DNA from: a virus
Lineage: Duplodnaviria > Caudoviricetes
Strand: one strand, 5' to 3'
DNA length: 64,000 nt
IMG/VR virus record: IMGVR_UViG_3300029928_000002
Span: 64,001 to 128,000 of that record
The notes under the pieces are model-generated. The model did not search any database. It saw nothing but the letters and a program-made list of their open reading frames with translations, and was not told the origin of the DNA. Below are positions 45,504-54,113 of this stretch, piece by piece (within the stretch, counting starts at the first letter, position 1; the number at the start of each line of letters is the position of its first letter). Position numbers and translations under genes: made by a program.

Positions 45504-47753
45504 TTAATGAATCCAATATGTCGGTAAATTCCCTTCTTTATCCAGAGACAAATCTCCAGGAAGAGGTAATTTATCACAAAAAGGTTTAGCACCCTCTTTC
45601 ATACATTTTAATAATACCTTGGCGACTTTATCTGCTATATTATTAGGAGCTTCTATGTTCCATTCGTCATGAGCAGGTATGCAGAACTTTACTTTATGTA
45701 GCAAATCGTTCTTAACTACCCAGTTAAATAGGAACAAGGAAGCTAATTTAAAGCAACAGGCACCTCTATTTTGTATTCTATAATTTATAGACTGCTTTTC
45801 TAGAGTCTTTTTTCGCTTTTTATAATATTTAAAATCATCCATTAATACAGGATCTTCTCTAAACATTTTCCAGAAGTTATGGTCTTGCATTTCTTTCTGA
45901 ATTTTGGATAATCTATCCCAATCATAAGCAAATGCTTTAGCTCCAGTAATATTATTCATTTGAATATAGCCTCTTTCCATAACATCCTTTTTACAGTACC
46001 TCTGATATGTTTCCATACCAGGAAAACCTTTCATATAATTATCATATACCTTCTTGGCTTCTTCCAAAGGGATTCCTTTGTTATTAGCTATGGTGTTTTC
46101 ATCACCACCGTAGTTGATAGCAAACTCTACTCCCTTAGCATCTTGTCTGAGGTCATGATATTTCTTCTTGATCTCTTCAATCTTAGTATCTCTAGGTATT
46201 AAATGTGGATATGACATATATGCTACTAGAGAATGTATGTCTTTGCATCCCTCAGTGAATATTTTTATCATAGCATCATCGCCTGTTACAGACGCAATAA
46301 TACGTGATTCTTGACCCTCATAGTCCACCGAGAGCCACTTATTACCTTCTTCACTAATAAAGCATGCTCTAGTCTCTGCATCCTTCGGTAATTGCTGTAG
46401 ATTCACTCCTCCTTTAGTTCCACCACAGGACATTCTGAATGTATCGGCCCCTATAGGATTAAAGTCAGCATGAATCCTACCATCTTCCTTAGTTACATTA
46501 CTAATAAAGTTTTGCCCGAATGCTTCACATACTTTAGCTGCTTCTTTATAATTCACATATAATTCTGCAATAGAAGATATATTCTTTTGAGCTTCTATAA
46601 TCTTTTTATCTGCAGATTTCTTGTGCATCTTAGTCTTCTTATCAATAGTATCAAGATTAAATCCCAATAATTCAAATAAAGGAATTACTTGACTACTACT
46701 AGACCAGTTGATAACACATTTATCTCCAAATTCTAAAGCTACTGGATTGAATAAATCTTGTTGTATTGTATTTATATGTTGTACATAAGGATTGAATTTA
46801 TCTCTTAAGGTATATCCAAATGGAATTTTATAAACTCCATATGTCTTAAATCCATATTTATCATCAGGGACTTGTTCAATTTCTCCATCTTCGTATTTAA
46901 CCCCAAAGAGTCTTTCAACATCTACAAATTTTAAATCAGATGGAATATTTTGATCGTCTCTATGGATAAATTGTGTGTCAAGGAGGGCTTTATATTCTAT
47001 TTTTCCCCTACTTCCATTATGCTCTTTATAATATTTTACTATCCAGTCATTTAGTGCTTTTAACCATTTATCTCTTCTGGCATTATCTTTAATCATTTTC
47101 TTTTTCCATCTATCAACATCTAGTTTTACACCATCCAGTTTTATTTTACCTACTACAATTGTAAACTTAGATTCAAAGTCAGCAGCTTTCTTAACATGAT
47201 ATTTAATTAATTCTTTCTGCTGAGCTTTATAAATCGGAATGGAATATTTAACATCTGTTGCTGAATAAACTATAGTTCTTTCAGTTAAACCTTTAGTAAT
47301 GATTTCACCTCTAGCTGTTTTATCCATATCATAGTCACAATATTTCTTTGCACATGTTTTCAATGATACAGAATACATATCTCTAGGTTTACCATTATTA
47401 AGGACTCTTTCACCTATCAAAGTATCAAAATAGTTCTTCTGCACAATTCCTACTTGTAGTAGCCATTGACTATCAAAGCAATAATTATGCCACACATATA
47501 GTATATTAGGATTCTCTAACAGCTCCTTCAACATTATTAGAGGATAGCTTAGACAATCCCATACTATTTGATCTTGTTCATCTCCAAGCTGAATAGATAA
47601 TATTTTCTTAGTAACAGGATTCAATCCTTGAGTTTCAGTATCTGCTCCTAATATTGTTTTCTTAGATAGTAAAGCTATAGCTTCTTCTGGAGGTATTACT
47701 GTATACTTATCAGATTTAAATAAAGTTTGCTCCCTACTTACTAAATAAATCAT
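45504..47753 (-). CDS. polA: Family A DNA polymerase with 3'-5' exonuclease
   Basis: Exo motifs DTET, HN..FD, YSATD; polymerase motif A DYEGQESR, motif B RQDAKGVEFAINYG, motif C AHDE. Confidence 0.95.
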   Translation of the reverse strand: MIYLVSREQTLFKSDKYTVIPPEEAIALLSKKTILGADTETQGLNPVTKKILSIQLGDEQDQIVWDCLSYPLIMLKELLENPNILYVWHNYCFDSQWLLQVGIVQKNYFDTLIGERVLNNGKPRDMYSVSLKTCAKKYCDYDMDKTARGEIITKGLTERTIVYSATDVKYSIPIYKAQQKELIKYHVKKAADFESKFTIVVGKIKLDGVKLDVDRWKKKMIKDNARRDKWLKALNDWIVKYYKEHNGSRGKIEYKALLDTQFIHRDDQNIPSDLKFVDVERLFGVKYEDGEIEQVPDDKYGFKTYGVYKIPFGYTLRDKFNPYVQHINTIQQDLFNPVALEFGDKCVINWSSSSQVIPLFELLGFNLDTIDKKTKMHKKSADKKIIEAQKNISSIAELYVNYKEAAKVCEAFGQNFISNVTKEDGRIHADFNPIGADTFRMSCGGTKGGVNLQQLPKDAETRACFISEEGNKWLSVDYEGQESRIIASVTGDDAMIKIFTEGCKDIHSLVAYMSYPHLIPRDTKIEEIKKKYHDLRQDAKGVEFAINYGGDENTIANNKGIPLEEAKKVYDNYMKGFPGMETYQRYCKKDVMERGYIQMNNITGAKAFAYDWDRLSKIQKEMQDHNFWKMFREDPVLMDDFKYYKKRKKTLEKQSINYRIQNRGACCFKLASLFLFNWVVKNDLLHKVKFCIPAHDEWNIEAPNNIADKVAKVLLKCMKEGAKPFCDKLPLPGDLSLDKEGNLPTYWIH

Positions 47754-48622
47754 AACAATTCTTTTAAAGTTTTTCTAAAATATTTCTTTAATTTTATAAT
47801 AGCTCTAAGTTTGGTCTGCCTAATACATTCTGTAGACTTGTGATACTTTTCACAGAGATTTTTAAGATACTTAGATTCGTTATTTGGATCAGAAAATCCA
47901 TAATAATCTAATACTATATCTCTTTCTATCTTTGTGAAATATTTACTATTTAATATATTCAAAATAACTTCTCTTTTATTTTTATGTTCTGCAGAAGTAT
48001 CTGTAGAATCTACATTATTATTTGGTATAGCTTCTATAATAAGAGGAGCATCCGAATCTGAAGAGGTTGAAGTATCTAAAGATGTATAATTAATATCAGA
48101 ATTTAAAGCATTTTCTAATTGAGGTAATGTACATCTACATAGTTTAGCAAGCTCTTCATCTGTTGGTGCTTCTCCATGTTTTTGAATATACTCTTGTCTA
48201 TATTTATTAATTCTATATTGTATTTCAACAGGGCCTTGTGCAATTCTAATAGTTCTAGATTTATTAGTAAGAGCTTTGGTAATACATTGACGCATCCACC
48301 ACAAAGCATATGTAATAAATCTATAACCTAGATCGACATTCCACCTTTCTGCTGCTCTACAAATTCCTGCATTTGCTTCAGCTATTAAATCTTCCAAAGG
48401 TAATCCTCTACCTTGATAATGTTTTGCAACAGTTACCGCAAATCTTAAATTGGAATTTATAAGTTTTCGTCGGGCTTTCATATTACCACGCTTACTTAAT
48501 TGTCCAATATATCTTTCTTCATCTTTCGTAAGTAATTTATATCTAGATATGTCATGTAAATAATCTTTCAAAGAACGAGAATATATATTAGTAATACTTG
48601 GTGCTGTGGTAATTTGTCTCAC
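47750..48622 (-). CDS. Sigma70-family (RpoD/SigA-like) sigma factor lacking region 1.1
   Basis: YLHDISRYKLLT, LINSNLRFAVTVAK.YQGRGL.LEDLI.E.N.G, GYRFITYALWWMRQ.I, RTIRI, C-terminal E.IRQ. GTG start. Confidence 0.9.
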   Translation of the reverse strand: MRQITTAPSITNIYSRSLKDYLHDISRYKLLTKDEERYIGQLSKRGNMKARRKLINSNLRFAVTVAKHYQGRGLPLEDLIAEANAGICRAAERWNVDLGYRFITYALWWMRQCITKALTNKSRTIRIAQGPVEIQYRINKYRQEYIQKHGEAPTDEELAKLCRCTLPQLENALNSDINYTSLDTSTSSDSDAPLIIEAIPNNNVDSTDTSAEHKNKREVILNILNSKYFTKIERDIVLDYYGFSDPNNESKYLKNLCEKYHKSTECIRQTKLRAIIKLKKYFRKTLKELL

Positions 48623-48981
48623 TATTTAGAACTGTTTAAAATGTTATTTATATAAGTAATCAACCATCTATCTCCTAGAAAGGAATTCCTTAACCATGTA
48701 TGGCCATAACTATCTGTGTAAGATGATATAATCTTATATTTAGACCAGAGACTCTTATATGCATCTAATATTTCTTTAGCAGTAAATTCTGGATGTTTAG
48801 CTATATTCTCAGCTAGATTTCTTAAATAAACCTTAGTAAGCTCTATTTTAGAAATATGCTTATTGCTGAATATAACTTTATCATCTAATTTTATCACTAC
48901 AGTAAAATATCCTGGCTGTTTAACAGTTTTACTTATAGCAGTAACGGCTTTCTCAGCCTTACTTATCCTACCTTTCCTCAT
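48622..48981 (-). CDS. Hypothetical basic protein
   Basis: 119-aa ORF ending TAG TGA. Confidence 0.7.
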   Translation of the reverse strand: MRKGRISKAEKAVTAISKTVKQPGYFTVVIKLDDKVIFSNKHISKIELTKVYLRNLAENIAKHPEFTAKEILDAYKSLWSKYKIISSYTDSYGHTWLRNSFLGDRWLITYINNILNSSK

Positions 48982-49276
48982 ACAATACTGTTTGAGAATA
49001 CTCCATCAATAAATTACCTACACTTTGTGCAAATGATTCATCAGATCCATTATTATAATAATAGTTTATAGCATGAGCTAATTCATGGAAATAAGTATTT
49101 AACATAGTTTGTTCAGATACTTCATCTCCATAAATAGTTCTAGCTATTTTAATTATGTTAGTATTAGAATCAAATTGCCCATAATCATAAGAATCATCTT
49201 CGTTGTGAATATCATCTACAATCTCAACTGTAAATGTTATACCAGCAAATTTAAACTGTTTAGGAATTTTAATCAT
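48968..49276 (-). CDS. Small HExxH zincin-like protein
   Basis: YGQF..IKI..TYFHELAHAI..DESF; ends TAG GAT AAG TAA. Confidence 0.7.
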   Translation of the reverse strand: MIKIPKQFKFAGITFTVEIVDDIHNEDDSYDYGQFDSNTNIIKIARTIYGDEVSEQTMLNTYFHELAHAINYYYNNGSDESFAQSVGNLLMEYSQTVLYEER

Positions 49277-50519
49277 GTAAATCAGCTTCTGTTAAATCAA
49301 ATCTAAATGCAATAAATGCAGGCTGTTCAGGAATACCATAAGGAGAAATATTAAAATATTTACAATCTCCTAATTTTCCTTTATAGAATTTGTCAAAGTT
49401 GTCAGTATATTCTACTTTTTGATTATGGTCTCCTAATGGTTTGGCTTTAAAAGTTTTACCTTCTCTAGTTTCCATTATAAATACCATATCATCATAAGGA
49501 CGTAAGCCTTGCTCAATACCAATACATTTAAAAGTATTCTCTTTATACTTCTTAATTTTAATCATATTGTTATTTCGCTTGCCTGGCCCATATTTAGCAG
49601 TATCCAATCTGACAACTAGTCCTTCCCAACCTTCTTCTACATATTGATTATGTAGTTTCATCATATTGTCCCATCCAGTTACTGCAACTTGTGGAACAAA
49701 TTGAATCTTTAACTCACCTTTTTTCCAGATTCTATAAGGATTAAAGTCTAGATTCAACAATCTTTTAATCCTATACATTTTCTTTAATCTATCATGAAAA
49801 GGTAAATCAATATCTACAATATCATACATATAGAACTCTAACTTACCTAAATCCTTGGCAGTAGAATTATTACGACATATTCCACTAATAGTAGATAGAG
49901 GTAAACCATGTTTATAAGCTTCTCCATCTAGTATTAAATCTGGATTTGCTTTAAACAACTTTTTCAACAATGGATGACTAATTATATGATAGAGAGGAAA
50001 ATCTAAAGATATAGCTGTTCTACTCTTAGCATGAATCTCTTTACCATCATAGTAGATTAATGTTCTAATTCCATCAATCTTCCTACTGGCCCAATAATGT
50101 AAATCAAATGTAGCTTTATTAGTTACATTCTTAGCCATTTTACATAACATTGGTTTTAGTAACCCATCACTGAAAGTCTTATAGAATCCGATAATTGCAT
50201 CTAATTCTTCTACAGTATAATCATCAGCAGATTTGTCTAATTTTTTATATCCTTTATCAATATATTCTTTACATAGAGATTTAACTCTTTGCTGAACTCT
50301 AATATGTGCATCTCTCTGGACTTTTCTATCATCTATATCTATTGAAGGCTGTTCTGTATGCTTACAATGATATTTATAAGAGAATCTTCTTATTTTGTAA
50401 TAATTAGGTTCAATCTTTTCATAATAAATATCAATACCTCGTATACCTCCAACACTATCTCTAATAGCAAAATAGAACTTAGTTATCTCTTGACTATCAA
50501 ATAATCCCGGTTGATCCAT
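49269..50519 (-). CDS. ATP-dependent DNA ligase
   Basis: KPML, KIDGIR (KxDG), LDGE, FYMYD, EGWEGLVVR, IKIK. Confidence 0.9.
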   Translation of the reverse strand: MDQPGLFDSQEITKFYFAIRDSVGGIRGIDIYYEKIEPNYYKIRRFSYKYHCKHTEQPSIDIDDRKVQRDAHIRVQQRVKSLCKEYIDKGYKKLDKSADDYTVEELDAIIGFYKTFSDGLLKPMLCKMAKNVTNKATFDLHYWASRKIDGIRTLIYYDGKEIHAKSRTAISLDFPLYHIISHPLLKKLFKANPDLILDGEAYKHGLPLSTISGICRNNSTAKDLGKLEFYMYDIVDIDLPFHDRLKKMYRIKRLLNLDFNPYRIWKKGELKIQFVPQVAVTGWDNMMKLHNQYVEEGWEGLVVRLDTAKYGPGKRNNNMIKIKKYKENTFKCIGIEQGLRPYDDMVFIMETREGKTFKAKPLGDHNQKVEYTDNFDKFYKGKLGDCKYFNISPYGIPEQPAFIAFRFDLTEADLHD

Positions 50520-50809
50520 TAAGCATTTGTATACACTAATTTACCTTTATTATCTGGAATCTCTAGAGTATATTCCCCATTATTATCTTTAGGTTCTAAT
50601 GGTTCTATATCATCAACATATTCTTCTGTACCTACTAATTTTATTGTATCAGAATCTGGTATAATATCTACATTATTTTCTTCGGTAGCGGCTATAAGTT
50701 TATTTACAGCCTCATCATAATTATCAGCTTCTACAGAATATGTTTCATTAACCCACATTCTACATAGAACATTTCTATCAATATAATACTTCATAATTAT
50801 ATTAGACAA
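50519..50809 (-). CDS. Hypothetical acidic protein
   Basis: 96-aa ORF, TAATG overlap with the ligase. Confidence 0.7.
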   Translation of the reverse strand: MSNIIMKYYIDRNVLCRMWVNETYSVEADNYDEAVNKLIAATEENNVDIIPDSDTIKLVGTEEYVDDIEPLEPKDNNGEYTLEIPDNKGKLVYTNA

Positions 50810-50847
50810 TAATAGCCTACATAGAAAATAATATCTATATAGGCTAT
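50808..50847 (-). terminator. Terminator-like hairpin
   Basis: On the - strand: ATAGCCTATATAGA-loop-TCTATGTAGGCTAT-TATT (U.G compatible). Confidence 0.55.
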
Positions 50848-50854
50848 CTTATTA

Positions 50855-51121
50855 TTAGAAATTAATGTTAGAAAGAGTATAATTCAATGTTTTAATAGTT
50901 TCATTTAATTTGTCAATTGTTTTTTGCAGCTCTTTAAGTTTGGCAACATCTGCTGAATCATCCTCATCAGATTTATCTGAATCTTCATCTGAATCTGCTA
51001 CGTAATGCAATGAAGAATACATATTATCATCTTCTAGAGCTTTTGCAAATGCTTTATAAAACTCATCTTCCGATTTAAATTTCTTACCATTAATCATTCC
51101 TTCAAATACTTCTTTTTTCAT
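50855..51121 (-). CDS. Hypothetical acidic/coiled-coil protein
   Basis: 88-aa ORF, FEGMINGKKF..E.EF, Asp-rich linker. Confidence 0.7.
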   Translation of the reverse strand: MKKEVFEGMINGKKFKSEDEFYKAFAKALEDDNMYSSLHYVADSDEDSDKSDEDDSADVAKLKELQKTIDKLNETIKTLNYTLSNINF

Positions 51122-51139
51122 TATTTTAAAAATTAAAAC

Positions 51140-51530
51140 TATTAGAGATACCCTCTTTATGCCGATGTTATAAAATTAATTCCTAGAGCCTGTGGAAGGC
51201 TTGGAAGTTGGGAATAACACCCAGTAAAACCACTTCGTGCTACTACACTACTATTTTCAAAATCATAGTATGGCTAACTATGAAATTTAAGTGGTCGGCT
51301 CATGTACAGCCACGGATTGCCATGTATCGAATCTAGCCTAACTTAAAAAAGTCATCGGCACCCGTTGTTAGAGGGTAGGACAGAGCGGGATTAAAGCTAT
51401 CTGTACACGAAACAGGAGATAAACTCCACTGTTTGAGGTTTTTATTATGTGGTCAAACGAAACTGCTAAACACCACTAAGATTTTTTTGATTCAAAACAA
51501 ACATATCGGCTACCTAAAATAGGTAACTGT
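51140..51530. ncRNA. Putative large structured non-coding RNA or cis-element, family not recognised
   Basis: ~420-nt gap with no ORF in the track, visibly GC-richer than other spacers. Long-range stems TACCCTCT/AGAGGGTA and TGCCGATG/CATCGGCA enclose several nested hairpins, followed by more hairpins. Confidence 0.6.
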
Positions 51531-51545
51531 TAATTATCTATAAAA

Positions 51546-51767
51546 TTAATTCTGCTTGCCTTTAAGAATTTCATCAATCTTACTTTCAATCTTCTTAACA
51601 GCGTCTGCAATAGAAGCAGAATCTTTATCCAGCTTACCGAAGACTTCTTCGAGCTTAGATTTCAAATCTACAAACTTATTACCATTCTTCTTGTAAATAA
51701 AGTAAAGAACAGCGAGTACAATAACAATAGTAATTAAATTACCGGCAATTACACTTAATACTACCAT
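51546..51767 (-). CDS. Small single-pass membrane protein with coiled-coil tail
   Basis: N-terminal hydrophobic helix, then YKK and a heptad-like tail. Confidence 0.7.
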   Translation of the reverse strand: MVVLSVIAGNLITIVIVLAVLYFIYKKNGNKFVDLKSKLEEVFGKLDKDSASIADAVKKIESKIDEILKGKQN

Positions 51768-51789
51768 AATTTTAAATTATTAAAAAGAA

Positions 51790-52080
51790 TTATTTTCTAT
51801 GATCTTTAACTACCTCCCATAAATCTTCTACAGAAGATATATCAATATCTTTATCATCTATTACTACATAATCAGCATCTTCATACATATAACTATATAT
51901 TATATCTCTACCAAAATCATCAAAAGTATAGTCAAGGAATGTATCAAATAGAATATTTGCATAATCTGCCCAATCACATTCCAGTAGGTCTGCTTTAAAA
52001 GCCTCTGATACTCTATCAATATCATCACTCCACTTTAGATGATTCGTAATTAGTTTAATAAATTGTTCTTTTGTAATCAT
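51790..52080 (-). CDS. Hypothetical protein
   Basis: 96-aa ORF, operon packing. Confidence 0.7.
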   Translation of the reverse strand: MITKEQFIKLITNHLKWSDDIDRVSEAFKADLLECDWADYANILFDTFLDYTFDDFGRDIIYSYMYEDADYVVIDDKDIDISSVEDLWEVVKDHRK

Positions 52081-52083
52081 AGT

Positions 52084-52446
52084 TCAATAACTTATTTCAA
52101 AACATAAAGATTCATCGTCATTTAATTTATCAAACTCTGGAAGTAATTCATCTTCCACATAACTTCTAACTCTCCTTATATCATCAAAATAATATTCGTC
52201 ATAAGCTGTACTTCCAAAGAAAAATCCATCCATTGTAGGTAGAAGTTCAGGAGCTTTAGAATGATCTTTTAAAACTTCATTACATCTAGACAGTAATTCT
52301 TCTACATCTTTTTTCTCAATTTCAAAAGGATTTGGATGTGTAATATCCATACCTTTATCATTAAAGAATCTTACTAGAAAATTTACTTTTCTAAAATATC
52401 CTATATCTTTAGTCCCTTTCTTTGTAAAATATATATCCAGTCCCAT
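52084..52446 (-). CDS. Conserved-looking phage hypothetical protein
   Basis: MGLDIY..YFRKVN..ELLPT.DGFFFGS..YDEYY pattern. Confidence 0.75.
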   Translation of the reverse strand: MGLDIYFTKKGTKDIGYFRKVNFLVRFFNDKGMDITHPNPFEIEKKDVEELLSRCNEVLKDHSKAPELLPTMDGFFFGSTAYDEYYFDDIRRVRSYVEDELLPEFDKLNDDESLCFEISY

Positions 52447-52448
52447 AA

Positions 52449-52976
52449 TTATTTAGATCCAGTTGAATTAAAACCTCCATTACCTCTATCAGTATTTCCT
52501 AAATCATCTTTAGAAAATACTTTAGACCATCTAAGACGATAGACAGGTTCGAGAATAGCTTGACATACTCGTTCCCCATCTTCAATATAAATATCTTGTA
52601 AACCAAGGTTGATAACAGGAATCATCCACTCTCCGCGATAATCACTATCAATAGTTGAAGGAGTGTTAGCTAGTTGCAAACCTTTCTTTATAGCCATACC
52701 TGAACGTGGTCTAAAAGATATTTGATAACCTTCAGGAATAGCAGTAAATATACCACTAGGGAGCAAAGCTCTACCCATAGGAGCTATACGTACCATTGGA
52801 ACAGAGTGTCCTTCACCAGACCATATCACTTCAGCATCTCCAAAAGCTTTAATTGTATTAGTAGGAGTTACTCTACTCAAATCAATTCTAATATCGAGAC
52901 CTGCCGATCCAGCAGTCTCGTATTTTGGAAGATCATTATTACTTACATTATACACTTTAACATTTACCTCGTTCAT
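52449..52976 (-). CDS. dut: Trimeric dUTPase
   Basis: AGLDI, RPRSG, TIDSDYRGE, GERVCQ, RGNGGFNSTG. Confidence 0.95.
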   Translation of the reverse strand: MNEVNVKVYNVSNNDLPKYETAGSAGLDIRIDLSRVTPTNTIKAFGDAEVIWSGEGHSVPMVRIAPMGRALLPSGIFTAIPEGYQISFRPRSGMAIKKGLQLANTPSTIDSDYRGEWMIPVINLGLQDIYIEDGERVCQAILEPVYRLRWSKVFSKDDLGNTDRGNGGFNSTGSK

Positions 52977-52985
52977 AATCGTAAA

Positions 52986-53180
52986 TTAATAATTACTTAT
53001 TATAGCATCTATAAATTCATATATATTATCTAGAGTTATATATTCAAATTGACATAGATTTTCAATCTCAATCTCAGAAATAGAATCTGTTTTATTTATC
53101 ACATATCCAAATTTTCCAATTCTAAAATTAATATAATCTATATTATCTAGAATTAACTTTATTTTTTGTTCTTTACCCAT
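52986..53180 (-). CDS. Hypothetical protein
   Basis: 64-aa ORF, operon packing. Confidence 0.55.
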   Translation of the reverse strand: MGKEQKIKLILDNIDYINFRIGKFGYVINKTDSISEIEIENLCQFEYITLDNIYEFIDAIISNY

Positions 53181-53848
53181 GATTGAAAGTCTATAAATTT
53201 GTTATTTTCTAATATATATGAGTGAGTATAATCTAAACAAGAAAATATTTCAGAGTTTTCGGTATCAGATTCTACAATATTTTCAGATATATTCCATTTA
53301 AATACTTGGTGATATGGACTAAATCTAGGATATTCTATAAACTTAATAGGATTACTATAAAGTGGACTAATATTACTAATATTCTTAGATACTTCTTGAA
53401 TCTTGATAAATCTATCTAAATTTAAAGAAGGTATTATAAGTCCGGGATATTGTAAATTACAGATATTTGAATTTATAGAGAACCATGTATAGTTTATTCC
53501 TCCGTAAGTAAATAGATAAGTTTCATCACCCTGAGTTAACCATGTATTTAAAACTAGTGGCAATGATTGCAATTTTTGTTTAGCAATAGTTAGGGAAGAA
53601 TTTCGACTATTTAAAATGTTAGTTTCCCAATTACCTAAGATAAGTTCAACTTTTCCAGAATCTTTATCTAATTCATCTGTAGTGAAAGATTTTAAAAGTA
53701 AACTTAATTTCTTTAATGATTTTTTAAAGTTACTTTTATCTACACTGATATAATCTCCCAATACTATTATATGGTCAAAGTTGTCTTTATATTTAACAGC
53801 TTCTTCCCAAGGTGACAGAAAACAACTAGGTATTACTAGAATCTTCAT
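53159..53848 (-). CDS. Degenerate (likely inactive) metallophosphoesterase-fold protein
   Basis: KILVIP, IIVLGDY, LILGNWE, YLFTYGG and HQVF fall in family order, but the metal-binding Asp/His residues are mostly replaced. Confidence 0.6.
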   Translation of the reverse strand: MKILVIPSCFLSPWEEAVKYKDNFDHIIVLGDYISVDKSNFKKSLKKLSLLLKSFTTDELDKDSGKVELILGNWETNILNSRNSSLTIAKQKLQSLPLVLNTWLTQGDETYLFTYGGINYTWFSINSNICNLQYPGLIIPSLNLDRFIKIQEVSKNISNISPLYSNPIKFIEYPRFSPYHQVFKWNISENIVESDTENSEIFSCLDYTHSYILENNKFIDFQSWVKNKK

Positions 53849-54113
53849 TTTGTAAATAATTAATTAATTGAACTATGGCATTATCCTCCCAATCATTCTC
53901 ACTATAAAATGCTTTCTTAGGAGTATCTCCATCAAATATTATACAGAATGGATCTACCTTAGCCCCCCAATACTCTTTCAGTTTCCAACCCTCCTTTTTA
54001 CCATGTCTAGTAGTTGTATCTATATATTCTACTAGAAAAGGCTGCTTAAAGATAGTGTTTTTAAACTCCAAAGCCTGTTGAGGATCATTATATACAATAT
54101 ATACGCTAATCAT
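53826..54113 (-). CDS. Hypothetical protein, possible thioredoxin/glutaredoxin fold without CxxC
   Basis: VYIVY-helix-VEYID-helix-GAKVDPFCIIFDG pattern; ends TAG. Confidence 0.45.
   Translation of the reverse strand: MISVYIVYNDPQQALEFKNTIFKQPFLVEYIDTTTRHGKKEGWKLKEYWGAKVDPFCIIFDGDTPKKAFYSENDWEDNAIVQLINYLQNEDSSNT

Noticed and set aside
51140-51530. tRNA, suppressor tRNA, tmRNA, hammerhead or retron msr-msd identity for the structured element
   Set aside because: No T-loop/cloverleaf or CCA end was found. CGAAAC occurs twice but there is no CUGANGA core, and there is no reverse transcriptase in the window.
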